DNA of 64,000 bases, taken from a virus (Duplodnaviria > Heunggongvirae > Uroviricota > Caudoviricetes). The translations under genes and the position numbers were made by a program. Shown one piece after another: positions 20,162 to 28,569 of this stretch; position 1 is the stretch's first letter; the number at the start of each line of letters is the position of its first letter. The notes under the pieces were generated by a model. It was not told the DNA's origin, ran no database searches, and was given only the letters and a program-made list of their open reading frames with translations. Location of the stretch: IMG/VR virus record IMGVR_UViG_2751185836_000001; one strand, 5' to 3'.

Positions 20162-20409
20162 CAAAATTAAGTAGTGTGCGCTCTCTGGGAAAGAAACGGG
20201 TTGCGGTGCGGGTGCGACGGATTGGTGGGTCTAACAAGTACGAAGTCGTTCCAGGCAGCATCACGATGCTTTCGGGAGAGGTGAAAGTTGGCGAGAGGGA
20301 TGGAGCCCTAATTGTGGACGAGAACGGGGAGGCCATGCAGCCAACTGGGAAATTCCTGTGGACCGCTGAGACCATCGATCCATTTCATCTGGTCACAGAT
20401 TTTTTCTAA
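20158..20409 (+). CDS. hypothetical protein
   Basis: 83 aa. ATGA overlap with the HAD gene. Confidence 0.4.
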   Translation: MTKLSSVRSLGKKRVAVRVRRIGGSNKYEVVPGSITMLSGEVKVGERDGALIVDENGEAMQPTGKFLWTAETIDPFHLVTDFF

Positions 20410-20465
20410 GAGAATTCAAATTTACAGATAAAAGAGCTGCCATTTGGGCAGCTCTTTCTTTCAAT

Positions 20466-21890
20466 CTAATGAAGTTTAATAACATCGAATGGTCCGTCCC
20501 TCCATTTCTCATAAGGAGGAAGAGGCCTGGAAGATGTTCTTACTTTCTCCCTATAATACTGTCGAAGATCGTACTCCGATAACAATTCATCCCATCCAGG
20601 GAGTATCCCCCATGCTTTGGGAAGAGAATACTTGATGCGGCACTTCTCAAACTCCTGCGGAGTTAGGAGCAGGTCTATCAGATAATCGCCTTTGGTATTT
20701 TTAAGAAGTAATCTGACCTTATCTCCTTCCTCTTCGATGATCTTGGCCCATGTAATCTTTCGGAACCACTTCTCTGGATCCTCTTCTTCAGCAAGATATT
20801 TGAAAGAATATTGGTTAGAAGTCTTATCATGGACAAAGAACCCTCCGTATGTGAGGGTAAGTTGAGCCAGTGTCCGCATGGACACTTTTTCCTCTGGGGG
20901 CATTGAAGGCATCAAAGATAGTATCCTTCTGGGATCGATAGTCCGCTTTGACTGATAAACCTCCGACTTTGCACTCTCGATATCCTCTCTTGTGATAGGA
21001 TTAGGAGCTTCTCTCTCTTCCATCCATTCCTCATAGGAAAGATTAATCCCCAGATAAAGTCTTTCTTTTTCATAGGATTTTCTGAGGTGGTAATTGGCGT
21101 ATAACCTCAAACCCTTGTATCTAATGACTGCATCCTCAAACTCTTTCTGTGTGAGCATAAAGGTGTATCCGGTTTCGTTCGGGATATCTACTGCGATGAA
21201 CGAACCAGCCTCAGCAAGGATCTTGGCCCTTACTATCCTTGGACTATAAAAGACAGCTCCTCCGGGCTTTACGATGCCACAATAGAGGTCCCCTTCATAA
21301 TCCTTGATTACCTTCAACCCGCAAAGCAGTTTGTGGTGGGACAACGCCTCCATGGATAGGAGAACTTCCTTGCATTGGTACTGATTGTCTATGCCAGACT
21401 CTTCAGGCTCATCCAGCGGAATGGGCTCCCATTCTGACGGCATCCCATCCTCCAAGTTGCCGAGTTTGATCGACACATTGTCCGGTTTCACACACAGTAA
21501 CCCGTACAGGATCGTGTCCTCGCCATCATCTACACAAATCGGGTGGATCCCTTCTGTTTTAGACAGATCATTGCCCAGGGCCTTATAGAAACCAGTGATG
21601 GCGACTTTTACATTTTCCGTGATAGTTCCATCAGAAGCTACTGAAAGCTTGGTGGGCGCTTCTCTTGGAAAGCCAACTGTGAGGGTCATATACTGGTGTA
21701 CTGTGACCAAGTCCGCCAGTGACTCATACTGAGTACCGCATTTTTGACAGGTGTAAGGACCTGTTGTGTGGTCTTCATAAAAACCAATATGATTGATTGG
21801 TTTGCCCGCCCCATCACATATCACATCAGCCTGAAAGATCCGGGTCGCTTTAAACTCCGTTCCCCCACAGGGGCACATTCTTTTTTTCAT
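20466..21890 (-). CDS. hypothetical protein with N-terminal zinc-ribbon (CPCGG...CQKCG)
   Basis: 474-aa ORF on the minus strand with a terminator-like hairpin downstream (GAGCTGCCATTTGGGCAGCTC, rc, at ~20434..20460). Confidence 0.55.
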   Translation of the reverse strand: MKKRMCPCGGTEFKATRIFQADVICDGAGKPINHIGFYEDHTTGPYTCQKCGTQYESLADLVTVHQYMTLTVGFPREAPTKLSVASDGTITENVKVAITGFYKALGNDLSKTEGIHPICVDDGEDTILYGLLCVKPDNVSIKLGNLEDGMPSEWEPIPLDEPEESGIDNQYQCKEVLLSMEALSHHKLLCGLKVIKDYEGDLYCGIVKPGGAVFYSPRIVRAKILAEAGSFIAVDIPNETGYTFMLTQKEFEDAVIRYKGLRLYANYHLRKSYEKERLYLGINLSYEEWMEEREAPNPITREDIESAKSEVYQSKRTIDPRRILSLMPSMPPEEKVSMRTLAQLTLTYGGFFVHDKTSNQYSFKYLAEEEDPEKWFRKITWAKIIEEEGDKVRLLLKNTKGDYLIDLLLTPQEFEKCRIKYSLPKAWGILPGWDELLSEYDLRQYYREKVRTSSRPLPPYEKWRDGPFDVIKLH

Positions 21891-22086
21891 TGATTATTCC
21901 TCCTCTTATATAAATATTTCGCTGGAATATGACAAGAAAACCGATAACAAATACGTAGGTATGGGACGGGAAGTGTGGGAGGGCGGAACCAGGTTCCGCA
22001 AATATTTTTTTGCCTGCCTGAGAAAATAGGGGTTCTATAGTATCATGCTACAATACTGGTAAAGAAACAAAACGGAGGAGAAAACT

Positions 22087-22332
22087 ATGAGAGGCGCTAT
22101 GATCGTGCTTGTACTGGTTGCATTGGCTACCACGGTAAATCCCTACAACCAATTCATTAGTCCTGTATCTTCCGATGTATTGGAAAGTTCCGAGGCTTCC
22201 ACGGCGTATGCAGGGGAGATGGATAACCTTTATATGTGCGTGGAGTGTGGAGAAGTTGTCAATGCTCGCTTTTATGGTATGGAGATCCATTCAGAGCAGT
22301 CAGGACATTATGGCTTTGCGAAATATGTATAG
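22087..22332 (+). CDS. small secreted hypothetical protein
   Basis: RBS GGAGGAGAAAAC. N-terminus MRGAMIVLVLVALATTV is a signal-like segment. It lies downstream of a CTGAGAAAAT-N21-TACAAT promoter-like module. Confidence 0.4.
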   Translation: MRGAMIVLVLVALATTVNPYNQFISPVSSDVLESSEASTAYAGEMDNLYMCVECGEVVNARFYGMEIHSEQSGHYGFAKYV

Positions 22333-22380
22333 TAATAAGGAAAAGCTGCCCGTAAAACAAAAAATCTTCCATATTTTTAT

Positions 22381-22836
22381 ATGAGAGTACAAAATATATT
22401 GAGTTATGTCATTGCGCACCCTACAAAAGCCATCTTTGTATTGGTAATAGTCGGGATCCTGGTCCCGGTGGGAGAGACTGTAACAAGTGCGGTTACCCGC
22501 CGCCGTGTTCTCCGTGGGCAATGGCATAGTCCCAACTGGCTTGGAGAATTTCAGAGAAGACCAGGGTGCTATGTGATCGTCATATACAACGATAACGGAG
22601 TCATGGAAAATTTGTATGTGGGACAGTCTGTCGATGTAAGGCGGCGCATCAAAGAGCACATAACAGGTCATGGAAACAAGAGAGTGTATCAGGATGTGCT
22701 ACAGAAGAAACAGATCCGGATCTTTCCTGTGTACTGCAAAGAGAAACAGCTCAACCGGCTGGAGAAAAAGCTGATCCGGGTGTTCCGGGCCAGAAAATCA
22801 TACAACATACAGAGAGGCGGAGCAAAGAAACGGTAG
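22381..22836 (+). CDS. GIY-YIG nuclease-domain protein with N-terminal TM helix
   Basis: GCYVIVIYNDNG...NLYVGQSVDVRRRIKEH carries the GIY...YVG and Arg/His/Glu hallmarks. N-terminus KAIFVLVIVGILVPV is hydrophobic. Confidence 0.6.
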   Translation: MRVQNILSYVIAHPTKAIFVLVIVGILVPVGETVTSAVTRRRVLRGQWHSPNWLGEFQRRPGCYVIVIYNDNGVMENLYVGQSVDVRRRIKEHITGHGNKRVYQDVLQKKQIRIFPVYCKEKQLNRLEKKLIRVFRARKSYNIQRGGAKKR

Positions 22837-22845
22837 CGGCTCCAT

Positions 22846-22914
22846 GCGGCTGACTTGACGGCCGGAGCGTGAGGGTGGTAGCCACTCACGAAAGCCTGCA
22901 TTAAGTAATTTGAG
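22846..22914 (+). promoter_or_regulatory. conserved 69-bp dual-hairpin leader-like element preceding repeat array 1
   Basis: GCGGCTGACTTGACGGCCGGAGCGTGAGGG...CCACTCACGAAAGCCTG. About 85% identical to 24206..24274. Hairpins CGGCTG/CAGCCG and CGTGAG/CTCACG. Confidence 0.4.
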
Positions 22915-23083
22915 GTTTGAGACCTGTGACAAATTACACAGGTGTCAAGGGGTTGCAAGCATGTGTAAGGGCGTTCTGAGCGTTTGAGACCTGTGACAAA
23001 TTACACAGGTGTCAAGGTTTACGGTCTTTTAGTTCAACAACAGGAGAATTTTAGACCTGCTCTATTTTGCATAGGTGTCAAGG
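22915..23083 (+). repeat. CRISPR-like mini-array 1: two identical 35-bp repeats plus a degenerate third, with 32-bp unique spacers, period 67 bp
   Basis: GTTTGAGACCTGTGACAAATTACACAGGTGTCAAG occurs at 22915 and 22982 with internal palindrome CCTGTG..CACAGG. The degenerate copy is at ~23049. Spacers are unique. No cas genes in the window. Confidence 0.5.
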
Positions 23084-23167
23084 TAACCTATGGCAAATGG
23101 CATCAAGATAAGGCTTCGCCACCACAAAAGCGGAGTTTTATAACTGTTTATATAAGGAGGGATTTAT

Positions 23168-24130
23168 TTGTTCTTGTCAACAGAAGAAAAAGATGAGCGC
23201 AGGCTGTTTGCCTATGAGGAGCGGAGCGCGGCCTTAAAGCGTTCCCGTGGACGTTGCGCTTGCTGCGGCAAGAAACTGACTACAAAAACCATGACAATGG
23301 ATCACATCATTCCCCTGTCGCGCGGCGGGAAGAACGAGGCGGAAAACCTGGTCGCTCTATGCGAGGACTGCAATAAGAAAAAAGGCAATATGCTGTATCT
23401 TCCGTATGGATATTATAATGCGCTTAACGGAATTAGCGATAGTGAACTGATCAAAATGGAAAAATACGTGGAAGCCTGGTTCCAACAGATCAAGGATCAG
23501 TTTGACATACAGCGGTTTCCCCTTATAGCTCCCGTTACGAATGTTCAGGTCATCCCATTCCACACGCGGGCTGTCAAGAAAGTGCAATACAATCCACAGC
23601 TTACCTACCGATGGAGTCTCATCGGCAAGGACTACTATGATGAGATAGAAGCAGTAACGGGTCTCGACCTCAGAAAAGTCCGGAGCACTATTTCGAAATA
23701 CCGAAGAGTCGAAAAAGAAGATCCTGAAGCGGGGGAACTGCCGGTAGCGCTTTATTCTTTCCGGAAACTTACGAACGATAAGATCATTGCCGTGACAGCT
23801 GTCCGCATCGAACCAGACTCTCATCATATGACAATCTATTTTCCATGGTGCATCTCTACAAAAAAGTATGCGCCGGAAATATTACGCTCTCTCGCCGAGG
23901 TTTTGATCCGCACCGTAGACAGGATAGCCAAGTTAGACCTTCTGGCATATACAATGATCAGCGATATCCCTGATGTACTTGTAAATATCCGAACAGAAGG
24001 AAGGCTGTATGATCCCAAGGCGGTATATACGGATGGCGGGTCATATATCAATATGGACACCGGAGAATGGGGATCAGATATATTGACAGTGTGTCGGCAC
24101 GAACCGCTGCAGGAGTATTACAATACGTAA
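23168..24130 (+). CDS. HNH-nuclease domain protein (N-terminal HNH, about 250-aa uncharacterised C-terminal domain)
   Basis: TTG start 7 nt after AAGGAGGG. CACCGKKL...DHIIPLSRGGKNEAENLVALCEDCNKKKG is an HNH with Cys4. Flanked on both sides by repeat arrays. Confidence 0.6.
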   Translation: MFLSTEEKDERRLFAYEERSAALKRSRGRCACCGKKLTTKTMTMDHIIPLSRGGKNEAENLVALCEDCNKKKGNMLYLPYGYYNALNGISDSELIKMEKYVEAWFQQIKDQFDIQRFPLIAPVTNVQVIPFHTRAVKKVQYNPQLTYRWSLIGKDYYDEIEAVTGLDLRKVRSTISKYRRVEKEDPEAGELPVALYSFRKLTNDKIIAVTAVRIEPDSHHMTIYFPWCISTKKYAPEILRSLAEVLIRTVDRIAKLDLLAYTMISDIPDVLVNIRTEGRLYDPKAVYTDGGSYINMDTGEWGSDILTVCRHEPLQEYYNT

Positions 24131-24205
24131 GCGAGAAAGCTATAGCAGTAAGCAAGTTTACCTGAGGAATGAGGAAAAACATAGATACGTTATACTATAG
24201 TTACA

Positions 24206-24274
24206 GCGGCTGACTTGACAGCCGGAGCGTGAGGGCATAGTCCACTCACGAAAGCCTGTGTTATATAGCTTGAG
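24206..24274 (+). promoter_or_regulatory. second copy of dual-hairpin leader-like element preceding array 2
   Basis: GCGGCTGACTTGACAGCCGGAGCGTGAGGGCATAGTCCACTCACGAAAGCCTG..., same orientation and same position relative to the repeats as at 22846. Confidence 0.4.
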
Positions 24275-24506
24275 GTTTGAGACCTATGAAGATTTACACG
24301 GGTGTCAAGTGCATTAGCCGCACTCCAAGGCATCATTACCGTTTGAGACCTATGAAGATTTACACGGGTGTCAAGTGTTTGCGCTGCCGACAGACACAGG
24401 GGATGCGTTTGAGACCCGTGATGATTTACACAGGTGTCAAGTATTGATCATTTTGCATTGTTGTCTGTTTTTGTTGAGACCTTTGCATTTATACACGGGT
24501 GTCAGG
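24275..24506 (+). repeat. CRISPR-like mini-array 2: four 35-bp repeats (two identical, one variant, one degenerate) with 30-31-bp unique spacers, period 65-66 bp
   Basis: GTTTGAGACCTATGAAGATTTACACGGGTGTCAAG at 24275 and 24341. The variant GTTTGAGACCCGTGATGATTTACACAGGTGTCAAG is at 24407 and a degenerate copy at 24472. Repeat ends GTTTGAGACC / GGTGTCAAG are conserved with array 1. Confidence 0.5.
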
Positions 24507-24643
24507 GAAAAAGCAGGGCGGCAACCGCCACTCACGGGTGTTAAGAAAGAAAAGAACGATATCTCGAAGAACGTAAAACAATTCCGCCAGCAATCGTGCG
24601 GCGGGCTGTCACGTATAACTATATTTTCAAAGGAGGTTATGCT

Positions 24644-25090
24644 ATGGCTAAAGTAACAATGGAAAATGGCTGCATCGCAAGAGGAAAGTATAGGTACAGA
24701 GAAGGGGAAAATGTCTTTGTAAAATACATTTCCGGTGGCAGGACATACTGGTGCTACGGAGAGATAGCAGCTGCCAGCGGACCGGTATTCGATGAAGACA
24801 AGCATAGTTTCAGGGCATTTCCGGTGTGCATGATCGAGAACAACGGAAGTGTATATCTCACAGACCGAAACATCATCTACATCATGCATCGAACACCAGA
24901 AGGGTACACTGAGGAAGAGATTGGCAATCTTAAGGCCGGGCGGATCATTGTGGCCGATGATCGGAACGATTTCCAGCATACAGACTACGCCGGGGCAAAG
25001 GCTGCGGAGCACGAGCGGGAGCGTTGCGGAGAGACTACTGAAGATTTAGAGGAAGACCGCGATTTTTCCGACGAGGATACTGAAAACTAA
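24644..25090 (+). CDS. hypothetical acidic protein
   Basis: RBS AAAGGAGG 6 nt before the ATG. 148 aa with an acidic C-terminal tail. Confidence 0.5.
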   Translation: MAKVTMENGCIARGKYRYREGENVFVKYISGGRTYWCYGEIAAASGPVFDEDKHSFRAFPVCMIENNGSVYLTDRNIIYIMHRTPEGYTEEEIGNLKAGRIIVADDRNDFQHTDYAGAKAAEHERERCGETTEDLEEDRDFSDEDTEN

Positions 25091-25122
25091 AAAGAATAGT
25101 TGATAAGCAAACAGGAGGACGT

Positions 25123-25323
25123 ATGAACAAATACAATAATCAGCGAAATTTTAGCCACAAATTATTCCTTGTAGGCATACATAGCGTATTGGTTTACATT
25201 TTCATGATGGTTTATTGTCATTTTACAAACCAAAATGTAAATCTTGCTGTTCTTTTTGTGGCCACGTTTTTTATTGCTATACCTCTGTATTTTTTCAGAA
25301 AAGAAGAATACACAGAAAAATAA
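25123..25323 (+). CDS. small hydrophobic membrane protein
   Basis: 66 aa with two hydrophobic stretches. RBS CAGGAGGACG. Confidence 0.35.
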   Translation: MNKYNNQRNFSHKLFLVGIHSVLVYIFMMVYCHFTNQNVNLAVLFVATFFIAIPLYFFRKEEYTEK

Positions 25324-25460
25324 GAAATATCTGAAAGAGAGGGGATGGAGCACAAAAGTGCTCCTCTTTTTTTGTTCATCTGAGAAAATAGCCCTGTCTC
25401 AGGTTTCGATATAATATAAGTACAGCAAAGAGGAAAATGTAAGCCAGGAGGAAGTAGGAT

Positions 25461-25958
25461 ATGTGGTACAGCGACGATCTTATTGTAAAAAGGGTCAGCA
25501 GGCAGGTCCGAGAACGAACAAGGGAAAACATGGAAATCTATAACATGTCTTTGTCAGACGCTTTCGAGGAAGCAGCCAGGAACTATGCAAAGCGAGGGTC
25601 AGATCTGTATCTGGCATTTTATACATCCGACTTTCGCGAGTATATCCCGAGCGCTTATCAGGAAGAGTATCTCGATTTTGAGAAATATCCTCTATCTTAT
25701 ACTCCGTCCGGGAAAGTACAGTTGGACCTGCAGACAGTACATAGCATTGACAACCCGCCTTTTATCCGGTGCCCGTATTGTGGCTCGGAGGAGTTTTTTG
25801 TAAAAGAGCATGTTTCCGGGCCGGTTCATATGAAGTTCCGCTTCGATGGTGAAGAAGCAGATAACGGAGACATGTATGAGGGAACGACAACAACGGAGAC
25901 AGGAGTCTTTGCTTATTGCTCCGGGTGCAGGAAACGGATATTCAGATACAGGAGATAA
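25461..25958 (+). CDS. hypothetical zinc-ribbon protein
   Basis: RBS CAGGAGGAAG. CPYCGSEE...CSGC near the C-terminus. It is downstream of a TTGTTCATCTGAGAAAAT-N20-TATAAT module at 25368..25420. Confidence 0.5.
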   Translation: MWYSDDLIVKRVSRQVRERTRENMEIYNMSLSDAFEEAARNYAKRGSDLYLAFYTSDFREYIPSAYQEEYLDFEKYPLSYTPSGKVQLDLQTVHSIDNPPFIRCPYCGSEEFFVKEHVSGPVHMKFRFDGEEADNGDMYEGTTTTETGVFAYCSGCRKRIFRYRR

Positions 25959-26003
25959 GTTAAGTAAATGAAATGTATGTTTCTTAGGGAGAGGAGTAAA
26001 AAA

Positions 26004-26234
26004 ATGAGTAAAAATAAAATGGATCAAGTTTGTAAAATTTTAGGATTAGATTTTTTTGAAAAATTCAATATTATTTCTCGATATCCAAATGCATTACACA
26101 TTAAAATATATGGGAAAATTCGTAATCCATATTATTTTACCGATGAAGGGTTGCAAAATAGAGACGGTGTTTTAGATAACCATAAATTGGCGGACTTGAT
26201 TACCGGATATTATGACTATGAAAAAGTAAAATAA
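26004..26234 (+). CDS. hypothetical protein
   Basis: Start at the internal ATG with GGAGAGGAG RBS. 76 aa. Confidence 0.4.
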   Translation: MSKNKMDQVCKILGLDFFEKFNIISRYPNALHIKIYGKIRNPYYFTDEGLQNRDGVLDNHKLADLITGYYDYEKVK

Positions 26235-26261
26235 AATGATTATTTAGTAGAGGTGTGCGCA

Positions 26262-26453
26262 ATGGTTAAAATACAAAAATGCAAGCGTCATGGTGTTTGC
26301 AATGACTGTGGGAAACAACAGTCGGAAGAGATAGATATCTGGGAAATAAGAGCATCGGTGACAGGACAGGGATGGAATACTTTGATGTTATGCAATGAAT
26401 GTATGCTGTCATTGCATACCGCTATAGCGATCACCGTAACGCAACAAAGCTGA
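26262..26453 (+). CDS. small Cys-rich hypothetical protein
   Basis: CKRHGVCNDCGK...CNEC zinc-ribbon-like. RBS AGAGG. Confidence 0.4.
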   Translation: MVKIQKCKRHGVCNDCGKQQSEEIDIWEIRASVTGQGWNTLMLCNECMLSLHTAIAITVTQQS

Positions 26454-26478
26454 CATTTTCGTAATTTGGAGGTGGATT

Positions 26479-26955
26479 ATGGCAAAAGGAATTATTGTGG
26501 TGGATATGCCAGAAATTTGCGAAAACTGTTTGTTTTCTAGGACACATGCGGCTCCGCTTCAAGATTGCCTGTATTGCACGGTTTTAACAAGGGGCGTTAT
26601 TCGTAAGAACCAAATCAAGAGACCAAATTGGTGTCCGATAAAACCCATGCCCGAAATAGCATATCGACATGAAAAAGGCGAACCAGGGCAGAGAAATTAT
26701 CGGATTGTCGACGATTTAATTGGCCGGAAAGCGGCGTATAAAGCATTTTCTGATTATCTCAATAGAAATTATATTGGAGAAATATCTTCTCAGACAGAAT
26801 TAAGTATTGGAGAGATAGCGAGCGTTATTAAGAGCATTCCGACAGCCTACGACCAGGAAAAGGTAATTGAGCAGTTGAAAGAAGAAGGCTGCATTGTTGA
26901 CGACGAGGCAGGACATAGAGTGGTTGAGATTATCGAGAAAGGCGGACTAAACTGA
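26479..26955 (+). CDS. hypothetical protein with N-terminal Cys cluster
   Basis: RBS GGAGGTGGATT. 158 aa. Confidence 0.5.
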   Translation: MAKGIIVVDMPEICENCLFSRTHAAPLQDCLYCTVLTRGVIRKNQIKRPNWCPIKPMPEIAYRHEKGEPGQRNYRIVDDLIGRKAAYKAFSDYLNRNYIGEISSQTELSIGEIASVIKSIPTAYDQEKVIEQLKEEGCIVDDEAGHRVVEIIEKGGLN

Positions 26956-26977
26956 CATTTTAGTGGAGGTTTGATGA

Positions 26978-27241
26978 ATGAAAATACCCAAGGAAATCAG
27001 AGAAAAGATTGAGCAGAAGATAAAGCTCGATGAAGAAATTAAGGACTGGATGAAAGAGAGTATTGATGTAGATGATATGTATTTCCCAAGTATGGAAATA
27101 ACCGAAAAGCCAAAAGGGGAATTCCAGGGAGAAGGAGAATGGTGCGATCAATCCGTAGGATACTGTGGAGATGATTTTTACGGGCACTACTATTGGGAGA
27201 TGGACAACGGAAAATATCTCTGTATGTATTATGAGTGTTAA
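26978..27241 (+). CDS. hypothetical protein
   Basis: RBS GGAGGTTTGATGA. 87 aa. Confidence 0.5.
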   Translation: MKIPKEIREKIEQKIKLDEEIKDWMKESIDVDDMYFPSMEITEKPKGEFQGEGEWCDQSVGYCGDDFYGHYYWEMDNGKYLCMYYEC

Positions 27242-27560
27242 GCGAACTAAACCGTGATTTATGGGCGGCGGCCGTCCAGCCAGGTGCAAAGTGGTTAGAG
27301 TCCATGAGCTTACAGGTTCGACTCTTGTAAGCGCAAGGTGCAAAACCTGGCATTTTCAAAATAGATTGTGATTTAAGGAGAAGTAGTGAGAATATTAGTC
27401 AGAAAGGAGTAACACCTATCCCGGTGAAACCGGGTTGTGCAGCGGAGAATGGGGATGGCTGTATATAAAATTTTCTCATCGTGGCTATAAGGCATAGGTC
27501 GGAAACGGTTTATGATATGTAGAGCAATCTAAATAATTAACCACATCACCGGCAAGGTGA

Positions 27561-28301
27561 GTGGTTGGTGTGAAAGAAAAACTTAAGGTGTGCTGGTTAT
27601 CAGCGGGAGTATCATCGTTTGTGGCAGGGTATCTGTCGGAAGGAGTGGATAAATATATCTATATTGATATTGAAAATCAGCATCCGGACAGTATGAGGTT
27701 TGTTAGAGACTGCGAAGCTGCTTTGAAGAGACCAGTTGAAATACTCAGGTCTCCATATCGTAATGTGGAGAATGTGATTAAACAATTTCAGTATATCAAT
27801 GGGGCCTATGGTGCGAAATGTACGCAGATACTCAAAAAGCGTGTTAGAAAAGAGTGGGAGGATAGGCATAAGGATTATGATATTACTTATGTGTGGGGGT
27901 TCGACATTGATGAAAAAAGCAGAGCCGAAAGGCTGAATGAGTCAATGGTAGAAATTAACCAAGAATATCCTTTAATAGATCGATGCCTGACAAAGCAAGA
28001 TGCACATGCTATCTTGGACAGGCTAGGGATTAAAAGGCCAGTCATGTATGACCTTGGGTATCAGAATAACAATTGCATTGGTTGTGTCAAGGGTGGCATG
28101 GGTTACTGGAACAAAATTAGGAAAGATTTTCCCGATGTATTCGAAAGAAGAGCAAAGCTGGAGCGTGAAATTGGACATTCATGCATAAAGGGTGTTTTTC
28201 TGGATGAATTGGAACCGGATAGAGGTCGGATGGAAGATGAGATCATGCAAGATTGTGGGATAATGTGCTATCTGGAAACTATAGACAAAATAGACCTTTA
28301 G
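27561..28301 (+). CDS. phosphoadenosine phosphosulfate (PAPS) reductase-family PP-loop protein (phage-type)
   Basis: VCWLSAGVSSFVAGY resembles the SGGKDS PP-loop. The size and C-terminal Cys pair (CIGCVKGG) fit the phage PAPS-reductase-like family. GTG start. Confidence 0.6.
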   Translation: MVGVKEKLKVCWLSAGVSSFVAGYLSEGVDKYIYIDIENQHPDSMRFVRDCEAALKRPVEILRSPYRNVENVIKQFQYINGAYGAKCTQILKKRVRKEWEDRHKDYDITYVWGFDIDEKSRAERLNESMVEINQEYPLIDRCLTKQDAHAILDRLGIKRPVMYDLGYQNNNCIGCVKGGMGYWNKIRKDFPDVFERRAKLEREIGHSCIKGVFLDELEPDRGRMEDEIMQDCGIMCYLETIDKIDL

Positions 28302-28325
28302 TTGAGAATATAAGGAGGGGGAAAG

Positions 28326-28487
28326 ATGTTCGAGAGCTCCGTTATATGTAATAAATGCGGCACTAAATTAACTTATCATAGCAACATCCACAAAAACATT
28401 TTAATTATGCTTGCTCGTGACTGTGGATGGACAATGGGGAAACGTCACTTATGCCCAAAATGTCGGACTCGGAATACTCGTCAATAA
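28326..28487 (+). CDS. unannotated 53-aa zinc-ribbon protein
   Basis: MFESSVICNKCGTKL...HLCPKCRTRNTRQ has two CxxC pairs. Below the 60-aa ORF-track cut-off. RBS AAGGAGGGGGAAAG. Confidence 0.35.
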   Translation: MFESSVICNKCGTKLTYHSNIHKNILIMLARDCGWTMGKRHLCPKCRTRNTRQ

Positions 28488-28569
28488 CCCGCCACTTGCG
28501 ACGACCTGACGCATTTCCGAGGGGCCCACTGCGGGTATTGCGGGCAGAAATTAGGATGGAGGCTTTAAG

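Noticed and set aside
22915-24506. Repeat arrays as tandem sigma-70 promoters (rc contains TTGACA) or replication iterons
   Set aside because: No -10 box at 17 bp from TTGACA. The 65-67-bp period, the unique equal-length spacers, and the intact-proximal/degenerate-distal repeat gradient fit CRISPR-like geometry better than iterons. I cannot exclude operator function.
27288-27345. tRNA-like T-arm (GGTTCGACT loop) suggesting a tRNA or tmRNA 3' end
   Set aside because: No acceptor-stem partner and no D-arm or anticodon arm can be built on either strand. It reads better as a plain 8-bp hairpin inside a larger structured region.
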